Positions 50,403 to 63,840 of a stretch of DNA of 64,000 nucleotides are shown here, piece by piece; position 1 is the stretch's first letter; each line of letters opens with the position of its first letter. Source of the stretch: Mobula birostris. Taxonomy: Eukaryota. The stretch lies in contig NC_092376.1 of assembly GCF_030028105.1 (NCBI RefSeq), positions 134,476,230 to 134,540,229 of the forward strand. The letters are read 5' to 3'. The notes under the pieces are model-generated. The model was not told where the DNA came from. It did not search any database and saw nothing but the letters and a program-made list of their open reading frames with translations. The position numbers and the translations under genes are program-made.

Positions 50403-53299
50403 TCTTCTTGTACCATTGAACTATTGAGCATGGGGTGTGAAACTAATTTGTTCAATTAGTTTTACAATTCTCCAATTGCAGTGTCTCTTTTATTTTGATT
50501 GGAATCAGCAAGGACTATTTTTTCCACCAACTCCTATGCCTCAATACCTACAGCTGAAGGAAAAACAAATGACATGTTTTCCTCAACAAAGTTATTTCTC
50601 TGCAGTAATGGTTTTTATAAATATTCATGGCAAGAATGAACTATTGAATCTAAAGGACCAGCTGTGGTTATCTTAACTTGATTACGCTATGATACACTGA
50701 TAGTATAACAACACAATGGCAATAAACCATTTTCTCCTCAGCTCCAAAAAAGAACCCCAATGTGTCATGAAAAACAAGTAATGATTACACTTGAAATTAT
50801 CATGATTAGTCTTTATCTTCATCTTCACTTATCATAGTAAATTAATATATTCATACAGTGAGTAAAGTCAGCACTCTTTTCAACAGTTAACCTGTGGAGT
50901 TCTTGTGTTGGAAGCCATTTTTAGATGGCATTTAGATGCCACTAGATGGCATTGACAATAAGAGGATCACAAAATGGTGTGCATGTGATTCACGAGGTTC
51001 TGTACGGTTTATTAAATGAATTCAACTTTGATTTAGTTGGCAAGGGCTATGCTATCAATTCTTCACCTCCACAGAACTTCTCAAGATTTAATTGTGAATT
51101 TAATTTACATTGTGTTGATCATTTTCTATTTTACAAACAATTAAAATAGAAACTTCTGCTCCTTCAAGTTCCACAAATATAATTCTGTGCTTATTTCCAG
51201 CAGGCCTCTTTAGTTCTAGCATTTATAGAACTGATTGATCACTTCTGGCCACAAATGCCAATCAGGAATTTAATTACTTTGGAGGATCTCAATTACCACA
51301 CTAAAATGAGCCTGCTATCTGAAACAGACAGCCGATTTAGACACTCAATGGATGACCGGTTGTCGACAGATGTAGCCCCCTACTGAATCCATGTTGTGGC
51401 TATTAATACCATTGTCAATAGTAAGAGAAGATGGTGAAAATTGACCTCTATCTATCGTTGATTGCTGATACTTGCTTTCAACAACCTGTCTAAGAAATGC
51501 TTTGATGTTATTAAAAGAAAAAGATAAAACAGATTTTGAAAGAGACCAAATAAAAAATGTAATATGAAATTATTTATCATTCTGCTTTGAAGTTCAGTAC
51601 TCCTCGTAAACTGCTTTCCTTGTTGGCTCATACCCATCTACGTTGCAAATATTATGTAAAATTGATGTGTTCACTCAAGGACAGGAACTACTGAAGCCTT
51701 CAGAGATAAAATTTACATTATTGAACGAATATGTTGCCTGAACGTGGCATGGCAAGAGAAAGAAGAGTTACGTAACAGCAAAGAATCAATAAACTAGAAT
51801 GGAAAAAATGTGAAAGGGCATACAGGAAGTATTAGAAATTAATAAAAATAAAGTTCACTTTTGTAATGCCAAACAGGATTAGCATATTATCTATGTGCTT
51901 TGTCATCTGCAGAATTTTATATATTTACATTAAATGAAAAATACTACAGACAAGATTCACCTCACTGATGATTTGATTACCTCTACTCTATCAATCGCCT
52001 ATCAGATTGTATTTAATCCTCATACAACATTCTGTTTCTGGTCCTGAAGTTAAAAAATAAAATATCTTTCTCTATAGGTCAAACTATTACTCACAGCACG
52101 AGAAAGTTATGTAGGGCTAGTGTCATTAATTTTGCAACAAAGAAGTGCTCTTCACAGACAGATGGAAGAAATAAAACTTGATCCAACATTACTGACCTAT
52201 TGGTTTCTCCCTTGCTTACAGTTCTTGATCAGAGCGAAGTCACCCTGTAAATCAACATTTGCTTCTTCAATGTAAACAGTATTCCCCTTGGTCATAAGCA
52301 ATACCATCTCATTGATCCTATTATACATATTGACTGTTATGACCTAATATTCTCACCTCTTCCTGTGATTATGGTCATTTGTAACAGTGACCAGAATCAG
52401 AGGAAATTTTATTTGAGAAGTTGATGTAGGATGCTGAATAGATGGTCCCACCAGCCCAGACAGTCCTGAAGCCCAGTATCAAGCTCCTGAGCAGTAATAT
52501 GATTCCAAAATAGTGCAGCATGGGTTTCACAAACAAACCTTGACCACAAGCTTCGCTAGAAGCCTCTGACAATCTCTGTTCCTTGTTCTGTTAATCAATC
52601 CAGAAATATATAAAAATCAATAGAAATAAAATAAATAATTTTAAACATCTATATTACTTAAAACAATTGATAAAAATGCTGTCAAATAACTGAGAATATT
52701 AAACTGAAAGCAAATAACTAAAAGAATACAACATATTTTATTTGTCCTATTTTTCTGCATAGCTTCTTACCCTGTAGAATCCAAATGCACAGTTCGCCAT
52801 GCAGATCTGCTTTGGTCCTGAACCCTGTGGTGAGTCTGCTGAATGGAAAGTGGTTGGCATGATTCATCCAGTAAGTTTGGGACTGTCATTATCAAAGAAG
52901 TCCTAAAACATTCCCACAGATTTGCTGAAAAATTTCCGTCTTTAAAGTCACATGGTGTATAAGTCCTCATTTAAATTCTCTAATTGCCCTTGGGAGGATG
53001 GTAGTGACCTCACCCCCTCTACCCTTCACCGCCTGAACTGCCGAAGTCCTTCTGAAAGAGTTATTGCAGCAAAACGTTTGGATAAAGAGGTCCAGGATTT
53101 AAATCAAACAATCATGAAATCACATCAGTTTATTTCTAAATCAGGGTAATGTGTACTTGGAAGAAAATCTGAAGGTGGGGGTATTTCCAGCTCATAATGA
53201 TCTTATCTTTCTTGGTGGAAAAGGTTCGGGCTTGTAAATATTGTTAGAGTAAACTGGACAAGCAACTGCAATGCATTTTGCAGACAGTACTTACAGCAA

Positions 53300-53863
53300 G
53301 GGGTGTATGGGGTGTCAGGGAGGGGTAGCACCTCTGGTGGGGGAACATATCACATCCTTTTCAAGGCAGTTAGTCCACCTTTGGTCCCCACCTGGCACTC
53401 AGCTCTCACCTGTGGCTCCCCCGTAGCTGTTTGCATGCGACAGCGGCCACACCCTGGGCAACGGCTTCGACAAGCCGGCTAAACCAGGTGAGGGTAGCCG
53501 ACAGGTCTCAAACCCTTGGTGAGATAGGGAGCTGTCTACCCCAGCATGTGAAGACAGACTCCGGTGGATTGAGCGGATGAGACCAATGGAAGGTCCAACG
53601 GTCAAGAAGGCGGTCTCTGCAAGCATCGTGGAACGTGTAGAGCACAACAAGACACAAAAGACGTCCTGGTCATCCACTGCGCCTAGTCCCATCTCCAGCC
53701 ATCTAGACTCTGTCTTGCCACTGGATCCAGATGGGAATTGGGAAGAGAAAGTGAGCCAGACGCTGTGCAACTCTCCCTCACTTAAATCCAAATCACGCGC
53801 GAGTCTTGACACCATCATAATGGTGTCGAGGTCCTCATCGACGTCGACGAAGGACGAACACAC
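53300..53863 (+). mobile_element. Young CpG-rich non-autonomous retroposon (possibly RTE-related)
   Basis: 11-bp TSD acttacagcaa / acttaccgcaa (53289-53299 / 53864-53874); GC and CpG content much higher than the flanks. Confidence 0.7.
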
Positions 53864-55394
53864 ACTTACCGCAACCACTATCTTTCAAAGGAGGAGTTAC
53901 TGAAAGTTTAGAATCGTAGATGGGCTACCAATCAAATTAAAGTTCAAGTTTACTGTCATCTGAGTGTACATACATAATATACAACCAAATGAAACCACGT
54001 TCTTCTGGACCACGGTGCACCCACAGCATATAAAATACACCCAGCACACTAAACAAAATAGTCTCACAGCCTGAGGGAAGAAGCTGCTACAAGATCTGTC
54101 AGCCCTAGTCCTGATGTTCCTGTATTCCTTCCTCACGGTAGTGGATCAAAGGGATTATGGGATGGGTGGTAGGGATCCTAAACAATATTTTGGGCCCTTT
54201 ATGTACAATGATCCCAGTAAATGTCCCAAATGGGTGGGGGATGGGGGTGCGGAGGACCCTAGTGATCCTGTTGGTAGTTTTTACTATCCACTGTAGGCTC
54301 TTGTGGTCTGATGCCTTACAAATTTCATAATCATGCAGCCAGATGGGACACTCTTGAAGGTGCTTCTGTAGAAAGTTGTTAGGATGGGGGCAGGGAGACT
54401 TGCATGTCTCAATCTCCTCAGAAGTTGTGGATGTTGCTGTGCCTTCTTAACTAATGAGAAGGTGTTGTGGATCCAGGTTAGATTGTCTGTTACGTGCACA
54501 CCAACGGACTTCACTCTCTCCACGGCAGAACCATTGATGTGCAATGGAGAGCAGTTGATCTGTGCCTTCCTGAATTTTACAAACATCTCTTTTGACTTGT
54601 CCATGTTGACACTTAGCTTGCTGTTTCTCTTCTCATTTGACAAGTTTCTCTTCCTTCTCTCTGTATGCTGACATTATTGCTGTCGATGAGGCCAGTCACT
54701 GTTGTATCATCAGAGAACTTGATGATGTAGTTTAAGCTGGATCTGGCAGTGCAGTTGTGAGTCATCAGTGTGAACAGCAGCAGGCTGAGCACCCACTCCT
54801 GCGGGACACCAGTGCTCATCATGATGAAACTTGAGATGTTGCTGCCAGCTTGGACCGATTGGGATATTTCTGTCAAGAAGTCCAACATGCAGTTACGGAG
54901 AGCACTGTTGAGACCCAGCAAGGACAGTTTACCCACCAGCCTGTGAGGGATGATCATGTTAATTGCCAAGCTGAAGTTAATGGACAGCAACCTGATGTAC
55001 GAGGCATCGTTTGCCAAGTGGGACAGGATGGAGTCAAGGGCCAAGACTATGGCATCACCAGTTCACCAGTTTGAGTAATAGGTGAACAGGAAAGGGTCCA
55101 ATGTAGCTGGAAGCTGGGATTTTATGCAATCTATTACCAGACACTCAAAGCACAAAGAGATATTAAAGATGTCTGTTAACCTGGCCGCAAAATCCATCAG
55201 CACCCAACCAGGCATCTCGTCCAGCCCTACAACTTTGCATGGGCTTACCCTGGCTAGGATCCTCTTTGTCGTGGTTGTGGCCAGACAGGGTGCCTGTTCT
55301 TCACGAGAAGAGAAGGTTTTCTTCAAATTCATATAATTCATCGCATTAAGTCGTGCATGAATGGCTTTGCACAACTTTATTCACGTCATCCCGC

Positions 55395-55972
55395 AGGTGC
55401 GCAGCAGGGAGCAGCTTGACAAGCTGCATCTATGCTTGGTATGGAAACCACACCACAGAGGATCGGAAAGCTCTACAAAGCATTGTCGAAACTGCCCAAT
55501 GCATCACTGGCACCAGCCTACCCAGTATCAAAGATGTATATACAGAAAGGTGCCGGAAAAGGACCAGTAACGTTGTGAAGGATCTCACTCAAATTGATCA
55601 TGAACGCCTTCTACTCTCATCGGGGGGAGGCTGCGTATTATCCATGCCAGGACCACCAGGCTCAACAGCAGTTAGTTTCCTTAAGCAGTAAGGCAGATCA
55701 ATGCCTCCATCCACTAACTCCACCACTATTTTACTATTTCCTCTCAGTCATCTTATGTGCAGCCTAGAGCCACTTTACGAACATACAATCAATCTAGTTA
55801 TATAAGCCATCGTATTTATTTTTTATCTATTGTGTTTTTTTATTATTATTGTGTTATTTATCTTTTGTGGGTTTTTTAATGCTGCACCAGATCTGGAGTA
55901 ACAATTATTTCATTCTCCTTTACACTTGTGTTCAGGAGATGACATTAAACAATCTTGAATTTTGAATCTTGA
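55395..55972 (+). mobile_element. Rex1/Babar 3' fragment in opposite orientation
   Basis: LTSCIYAWYGN..DRKALQSIVETAQCITG; tail gacattaaacaatcttgaa..aatcttga. Confidence 0.85.
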
Positions 55973-58838
55973 GAAGTCTATCAGGAAGGGAGGCATTGCT
56001 GTTGTTGACACACAGAGTGGATTTGTAATCTATTATGGCATGTATAATTTGTCACATGCACTGCATGTCCCTGGTGTCACAAAGTTGCCCGTGAATATTC
56101 TTTGAGTACTCTCACTTTACTTCCTGATGGCACATGCGAGCGCAGCTCTTGCTGACCTTAGAGACATTCTATGCTGTGTTCTGAAGGCAGCGTCCCAATC
56201 CCTAGGCAGTCCATGGGTCTCTGCAGTCAGCCATAGTTTCTGGTTTGTCCTGGCAGTGTAGTATCTAATCACAGTAATGTCCTCAATGCATGTTCCTATG
56301 TAGCCCGTCACTAATCCTGCATATTCATCAATGTTGATGTGATGTTCGTAGGTAGCTGTCTCCCTGAAAATGCTCCAGTCCGTGCTTTTGAAACAGTACT
56401 ACAGCACTAAGGTGACTCCTTCTGGCCAGGTTCTGATCTCCCTATAAACTGGTTTGAGCTGTTTAACCAGTGGCCTGTGTGCCATGGTGGTGGCATCCGT
56501 TAGTCTCGCGAGACCATGGATCTGCACCTGGAAAGACTTGCTTCAGTCTGTGATGGTAGAGCAGCATCTGTTGTGGCTGTAGATGTCCACACGGGAGTGA
56601 CAGTCTCGGCTGCAACAACTGCATTTGAAGGCACTGTCTTCCAGTGTTGTCTTGGTGCTGTTTTTCCGACGAGTGCACTTTTCTTCAGCAGCCAGCCTCA
56701 GCTTCTCTTCTCCTCTTTTCAGACCTCTGCGTAGTTCCAGCCTCCAGTGAGAGTGATCGCTTGTGATGTCCTCCCACCTCTCGACGTTCATTTTCAGTGA
56801 CTTCATGTCTCTCTTGCAAACGTCTTTGAAACAAAGATGGGGCTGCCCTTGTGCTCTCTTGCTGGAGGCCAGTTCCCCGTAAAGCAAATCTTTCGGGATC
56901 CTCTCGTCTGACATGCGGTGCACGTGGCCCAGCCAGTGGAGACGGCGTTGTTGGAGCAGGGTGAAGAGGCTGGGTATCTGGGCGCGGGCCAGGACCTCAA
57001 TGTTGGTGACTCGGTCAGTCCAGGTGATGTCCAGGATGCGTCTCAGGCGGCGAAGGTGGAAGGCATTGAGACTCCGCTCTTGCCTGTAGCAGAGGCTCCA
57101 GGTCTCGCTGCCATAAAGCAGTGTGCTGAGGATGCAGGCCCTGTAGACTGCAACTTTGGTGTGCGTCGTCAGCTTTCTGTTCTCCCAGACTCTCTTTCTC
57201 AGCCTGGTGAATGTTGAGGCTGCTCGTCCGATCCGTCTATTGATCTCGGGTCTAGGGAGAGGCTGTCAGTGATGGTGGAGCCAAGGTATGTAAACTCATG
57301 AACTACCTCCAGCTCGTAGTTGTTAATGGTAATGACAGGGCGGTGCTCAATGCCTTGGCCCAACATGTTGGTTTTCTTCAGGCTGATGGTCAAGCTGAAA
57401 TCCTGGCAGGCTTTTGAGAAGCTGCCCATGAGACGTTGCAGTTGCTCTTCAGAATGTGTTGCCAGTGCCGCGTCATCTGCAGACAACATGTCCGTGATGT
57501 GTACTTTATGAACATTGGTTTTTGCCCTCAGCCGGGACAGACTGAACAGCCTCCCGTCCGATCTGGTGTGGAGGTAGACACCATCAGTTGATGTTCCAAA
57601 GGCGTGCTTCAGCATGACTGCGAAGAAGATGCCAAACAGGGTGGGGGCAAGCACACAGCCCTGCTTCACACCGCTGCGGATGTTGAAGGCCTCCGAAGAA
57701 GAGCCGTTGAACTGAACGACGCCCTTCATGTCTGTGTGGAATGACTGAACTATCCTGAGCAGCCTCAGGGGACACCAATCCTGGCGAGGATTTTGAACAG
57801 GCCGTCTCTGCTCACAAGGTCAAAGGCCTTCGTAAGGTCAATGAAAGCGACGCAGAGTGGTTGTCTTTGCTCTCTGCATTTCTCTTGTAGCTGTCGAAGG
57901 GAGAAGATCATGTCCATTGTGGAGCATTCTGACCTGAAACCGCACTGAGACTCGGGATATACCCTTTCAGCTATTTTCTGCAGTCTGTTCAGGACCACAC
58001 GGGCGAAGACCTTCCCAACGATGCTCAGCAAGGAGATTCCCCTGTAGCTGTTACAGTCGCTTCTGTCCCCTTTGTTCTTATATATGGTGACAATGTTGCA
58101 GTCTCTCATGTCTTGCGGCACTGCTCCCTCTGTCCAGCACTGGCACAGTAGTTCATGCCGGTGGTTTAGCAGGACGCCCTTTGCGCATTTGATGGCCTCT
58201 GGTGGAATGCCATCCAATCCTGGTGCCTCCCCAGTGGGCAGGCTGTCGATGGCTTTACTCAGTTCTTCGGCAGTTGGCAATGCATCAAGTTCCTCCATGA
58301 CAGGCAGGCATTCCACGCTGTCTAGCCCACTGTCCAAGATGCTGTTTTCTCTGGAGAAGAGTTCAGAGTAATGCTCCACACATCTCTCCATCTGCTTGCC
58401 TTTGTCATTGATAGTCTCACCTGTTATGGTTTTCAACGATGCTGTCTTGCTCTGGGTTGGCCCGATGGCTTTCTTGATCCCCTCGTACACTCCACGGATG
58501 TTGCCTGTGTCAAATGATGACTGAATGCTTTCGCATAGTTGCAGCCAGTAGTCATTTGCACAGTGTCTGTCTGTTTCTTGGGCCTTGCTTCTTGCTGTCC
58601 TTAGTGCTTGCAGTGTTGCTTGGGTTGGGTGGTGTTTGTGCTGTAGTAGTGCAACACGCTTCACCTCGATGACAGGGGTGAGCTTACTTGAGCTCGCTTC
58701 AAACCAGTCCTGTGTCTTGCCCCGTTTCTTCCCAAAGGCTTTGAGTGCAGTGCTGTGGATAGTGTCCCTGAGAGAGTCCCATCTCTGCCGAGCATCTCCT
58801 TCTGGTGGGTCTGCAAGGAGAGCATCCTCCAATGACTT

Positions 58839-60690
58839 AAACATAGAACATAGAACATAGAATAGTACAGCACAGTACAGGCCCTTCGGCCCACAATGTC
58901 GTGCCGTCCCTCAAACCCTGCCTCCCATATAAGCCCCCACCTTAAATTCCTCCATATACCTGTCTAGTAGTCTCTTAAACTTCACTAGTGTATCTGCCTC
59001 CACCACTGACTCAGGCAGTGCATTCCACCCACCAACCACTCTCTGAGTAAAAAACCTTCCTCTAATATCCCCCTTGAACTTCCCACTCCTTACCTTAAAT
59101 CCATGTCCTCTTGTATTGAGCAGTGGTGCCCTGGGGAAGAGGCGTTGGCTATCCACTCTATCTATTCCTCTTATTGTCTTGTACACCTCTATCATGTCTC
59201 CTCTCATCCTCCTTCTCTCCAAAGAGTAAAGCCCTAGCTCCCTTAATCTCTGATCATAATGCATACTCTCTAAACCAGGCAGCATCCTGGTATATCTCCT
59301 CTGTACCCTTTCCAATGCTTCCACATCCTTCCTATAATGAGGCGACCAGAACTGGACACAGTACTCCAAGTGTGGCCTAACCAGAGTTTTATAGAGCTGC
59401 ATCATTACATCGCGACTCTTAAACTCTATCCGTCGTCTTATGAAAGCTAACACCCCATAAGCTTTCTTAACTACCCTATCCACCTGTGGGGCAACTTTCA
59501 GGGATCTGTGGACATGTACCCCCAGATCCCTCTGTTCCTCCACACTACCAAGTATCCTGCCATTTACTTTGTACTCTGCCTTGGAGTTTGTCCTTCTAAA
59601 GTGTACCACCTCACACTTCTCCGGGTTGAACTCCATCTGCCACTTCTCAGCCCACTTCTGCATCCTATCGATGTCTCTCTGCAATCTTTGACAATCCTCT
59701 ACACTATCTACAACACCACCAACCTTTGTGTTGTCTGCAAACTTGCCAACCCACCCTTCTACCCCCATATCCAGGTTGTTAATAAAAATCATGAAAAGTA
59801 GAGGTCCCAGAACAGATCCTTCTGGGACACCACTAGTCACAGTCCTCCAATCTGAAGGTACTCCCTCCACGATCACCCTCTGCCTTCTGCAGGCAAGCCA
59901 ATTCTGAATCCACCTGGCCAAGCTTCCCTGGATTCCACACCTCCTGACTTTCTGAATAAGCCTACCGTATGAAACCTTGTCAAATGCCTTACTAAAATCC
60001 ATATAGATCACATCCAGTGCACTACCCTCATCTATATGCCTGGTCACCTCCTCAAAGAACTCTATCAGGCTTGTTCGACACGATCTGCCCTTCACAAAGC
60101 CATGCTGACTGTCCCTGATCAGACCATGATTCTCTAAATGCCTATAGATTATATCTCTAAGAATCTTTTCCAACAGCTTTCCCACCACAGACGTAAGGCT
60201 CACTGGTCTATAATTATCCGGACTATCCCTACTACCTTTTTTGAACAAGGGGACAACATTCGCCTCCCTCCAATCCTCCAGTACCATTCCCGTGGACAAC
60301 GAGGACATAAAGGTCCTAGCCAGAGGCTCAGCAATCTCTTCCCTCGCCTCGTGGAGCAGCCTGGGGAATATTCTGTCAGGCCCCGGGGACTTAACCGTCC
60401 TAATGTATTTTAACAACTCCAACACCACCTCTCCCTTAATATCAACATGCTCCAGAACATCAACCTCACTCATAATATCCTCACCATCATCAAGTTCCCT
60501 CTCATTGGTGAATACCGAAGAGAGGTATTCATTGAGGACCTCGCTCACTTCCACAGCCTCCAGGCACATCTTCCCACCTTTATCTCTAATCAGTCCTACC
60601 TTCACTCCTGTCATCCTTTCTTTCTTCACATAATTGAAGAATGCCTTGGGGTTTTCCTTTACTCTACTCGCCAAGGCCTTCTCATGTCCC
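58839..60690 (-). mobile_element. Young 5'-truncated CR1 inserted in the RTE ORF
   Basis: (CATAGAA)n tail at 58840-58862; RTE frame AAEFTK|SLEDALL is restored on removal. Confidence 0.93.
58911..60690 (-). pseudogene. CR1 ORF2 RT half, open but with FADD changed to FADN
   Basis: Part of the 641-aa ORF 58911-60836; NYRPVSLTS, MDFSKAFD, GVPEGSVLGP, KFADNTK. Confidence 0.9.
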
Positions 60691-63564
60691 CTTGGTGAAC
60701 TCTGCAGCTTTGTCTGGGTGTTGTGTCTCACTGGCATCGATGCGCTGCTTGCCTGGAGGCTTGGTGCAGTGCATTTTCTTTGGCCGAAGTCTGACCTTGC
60801 AGCAAACCAGAGAGTGATCCCTGTCGCAGTCGGCACTCTGAAAGGAGTGAGTCATGAGCACGTTTCTCAAGTGATGGCGTCTTGTGATTATCAGGCCTAG
60901 CTGGTGCCAGTGTTTGGAGTGGGGATGCAGCCAAGACACTTTGTGCTGTGCTTTGGCCTGGAAGTAGGTGTTGGTGACACACAATTCGTGGAGCATGCAA
61001 AGCTCAAGCAGTCGTTGCCCGTTGTCATTCATGCTGCCAATCCCATACCGCCCCAGGCAGCTTGGCCAGGAGTCGTGGCGACACCCACTTTGGCATTGAA
61101 GTCGCCAAGTAGCAGCAACTGTTCCTGACTTGGGATCTCCTGTATCATCATGGAGAGCTGGTCGTAGAACTTGTCCTTTGCGTCTTGTGTAGAGTAGAGG
61201 GTTGGGGCATAGACGCTGACAAGGTTGACAGGCTCGTCAGATGTGTGGAGTTGAAGTGAGAAAATCCGCTCTGCCCCTTTCTCACTAGGCTCTACCATCT
61301 TCAGCAGCGAGTTCTTCACGGCAAAGCCGACACCATGCTGCCTGGTCTCGTCTGAGCCCTTCTCCTGCCAGAAGAAGGTATAGTCTCTTTCACGTAGGGT
61401 TCCCGATTCTGCGAGACGTGTTTCTTGCAGCGTTGTGATGTCCACTTGGAGTCTCGACAGTTCATTGTTAATCACTGCTGTCTTGCGTGTGTCGCTGATC
61501 TCCCGAAGGTCATCTGATATACCAGTTGTCATGGTCCGTATATTCCAGCATCCTAGTTTGAGTGCTGGCTTCTTTCTTTGTCTTCTAGTTGTGCTTGGTG
61601 CAGTGTTTACAGTCTGCAGTTCGGGCTACTTGTATCCCTGAGCCCCACGCACACAGTGGAGCGGGTGGACTGTGGCGGGACAGCACCTAACTGGCTGGGG
61701 GCTGCCCAGCTTGAGGTGGGCGGTAGCTGTCCAGTGAGACATGATGGTCTCACCCTCCATTGATAGCAACCCCTGGCGCCTTGCTCTACGCCAGTCGAGC
61801 ACAGGCTTATAACTGGTAGGCTGCTGCTTTCCGTATTGTGCCGTCGCGGTGAGACGACGCTGGAGTGTCCTCTCCAGGGCGCAGGCCTGGGCAAGGTTGT
61901 ATGGAAGACCGGTAGTTGCCCATGCTGCAAGTCTCCCCTCTCCACGACACCGATGTTGTCCAAGGGAAGGGCAAGGGCCGATACAGCTTGGCACCACTTT
62001 CGTCGCAGGAGTTGCCAGAACGAGGTTGAAGGCAACGTTCAGACTGCCTTAGGGACTCCAGCTGCGGATTTGTCCTTAGGGTTTACTCCTGAAGCCTTTC
62101 CCATCAGTGGGTATGGCTGCAAGTCAGTGGAGGTTTGAAATCAGAGCTTCCCTATCTTCGATAGACTGCCTTCCCAGGCTGACGAGCTCCATCTACCCGA
62201 AGCACTGGTCTTAAGGCGTCAGGACCCACCTCCACCCCTTCTCCTGTCGGTAGAAACAGTTCCACCAGGCTTGGAGGATAAGCCACATGAGAAGGCCAGG
62301 AGTTCGACTTAGTTGTCAGAGGCTATTTGAGGTGCATGCCGTGAGGAGCATAGTTAGGTAGTGGGAGCTTGTCCCCACTACTACTCCTCGGCTTGACAAC
62401 CTTGGAACAAGGTCTGTGTGCAGGGATTAGTGAAATGGATATGCGGTTTCAGTACCCGAGGTAAGGGCAGAAGATAGCTTTGTAGCATCCAGGAACTTTG
62501 GTATTGACCAGGTCTAACATATTCTCTGGTTGCAAAGTTGACCGTCTGGTGGAACTTCAGCAGGACTATTTTTAAGTTGACGTGATTGAAGTCATCAGCA
62601 TCAATGTAAAAACCATCGGGGTGAATGGCTTCAAGGTTGTAGATGGTGCCTTAGACCTCCTACAGTGCTTCCCCAGCACTAGCACGGGGACCGGGGGTTG
62701 GGGGGGGGGGTTTGGGGGTGGGAGCAGTGGTCAGTGGATGTAAATAACAACGATCGCAATGGTAGTGAATTCCTTGGGTATGTAGAAGGGCCTGTACTTC
62801 ACCATTAAATGCTCTATCTTCAGTGAGTAGTGGGCCGTTACTACCAAGGTGCCGAGGCATCCACAAACCAAATTTCATTGACACAGACCTCCTCCGCGGG
62901 TTTTACCAGAGGTTGCAGCAGTTCTGTCTGCCAGGAAGGAGATGAGGCCTTCCAGCTGGATGGTTGAGTCTAGAGTGGTGACCTGGAGCCACATTTCTCT
63001 CAGGACAAGTGTGTAGTCATTCAACTCCCACTGGAGTTGAATGACTACACACCACTCCCAGGTTCAATTGCAGACACAGGTAATCCAGTATTTTCTAGTG
63101 ATCGGATGTTAGCAAGTAGAATCATCAGGACCACGGGCCTGTAGGGATCCACTTTACGTTTTGCTTGAATATCGGCATGCTGATCGTGCTTCTGCATCCT
63201 CCTGCAATCTGCTTCCCTGAGTGGCTGTAGTAGGCCGTGTTGCAGAGCGAGGTCCTGCATTAGCCTGTAACTGTGCAGCACCTTTGTTATCCTGATTGCT
63301 AGTGAGGTGGTCTTGTAGAATTTATTGGTCTTCATGTTCAGCAGAGTTTCATGATCATAGAAAGGTTGAACAGGAAAAGAATTTTCACCATTGATTGGAG
63401 CTGGAGAGACCACTGTGATATCAATGGGGTGCTTTGTCTTAAATGATGCCAAGCATTTTAAAGTTTTTCAAGGCAAGTGGAAAGTACTCCATCATGTTCT
63501 TGATTTCGACAGTCATTCTGCACAGAAGCTGGTCCTTTGACACTACTCCATATTAGCTATTTAC

Positions 63565-63840
63565 ACTAAACTTAACTATACTCATTTTATTCTCCCCCTC
63601 CCCATTCTCCTTGGCTCCCCCTACAATATTCTAAAACTCAACTACAAACACTACGGGCAATTTGCAACAATCAGGTATTGCACCAATCAGCATATTTCTT
63701 GGGATGCTGGAGGAAACCAGAGCACCTGGAGGAAATTTGAGATGCTGAAGAGAGAGAGTTTTCAGGTCCACACCAAGAGCACTGGATTGAACATGGAACA
63801 TTTGAGTTGTGAGCTGTTATCTTCATTAACAGTGCCACCG
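63565..63840 (-). mobile_element. tRNA-type SINE (HE1-like), old
   Basis: gggcaatttgcaa and ggaggaaaccagagcacctggaggaaa motifs. Confidence 0.6.

Larger units (their letters stand above)
56483..62410 (-). mobile_element. RTE-clade LINE, apparently full length
   Basis: 5' UTR about 61600-62410; EN (LQETRL, GVGFAV, VYAPT, GDFN), RT (YRGISLLS, IDLTKAFD, GVKQGCVLAP); TSD ggcctgtgtgc / ggtctgtgtgc (56472-56482 / 62411-62421). Confidence 0.92.
53935..63400 (-). mobile_element. Rex1/Babar LINE, near full length, decayed, hosting nested inserts
   Basis: EN (ILLANIRSLEN, SGKTRGGGLC, DDFNH) at 62411-63150; RT (STGVPQEWVLS, KFSDDTT) at 54600-55370; tail at about 53935-53960. Confidence 0.85.

Noticed and set aside
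53300-53430. HDV-like ribozyme at the 5' end of the 564-bp retroposon
   Set aside because: ggtgggg/ccccacc can pair, but there is no valid P3/L3 or P2.
58911-60836. 641-aa ORF as a novel fusion gene
   Set aside because: The N-terminal ~50 aa are an off-frame read of the RTE, a junction by-product, and the RT catalytic motif is mutated.
62235-62410. HDV-like ribozyme at the RTE 5' end
   Set aside because: Partial motifs are visible on the minus strand (tgc-tcctcacg-gca; ctcctg..gcc..ggc..ccga-caggag), but I could not place P1 and P1.1 in the required order. A descriptor search is needed.
62686-62725. G-quadruplex-like G-run cluster
   Set aside because: It appears to be a local homopolymer expansion inside the decayed Rex EN region, with no sign of function.
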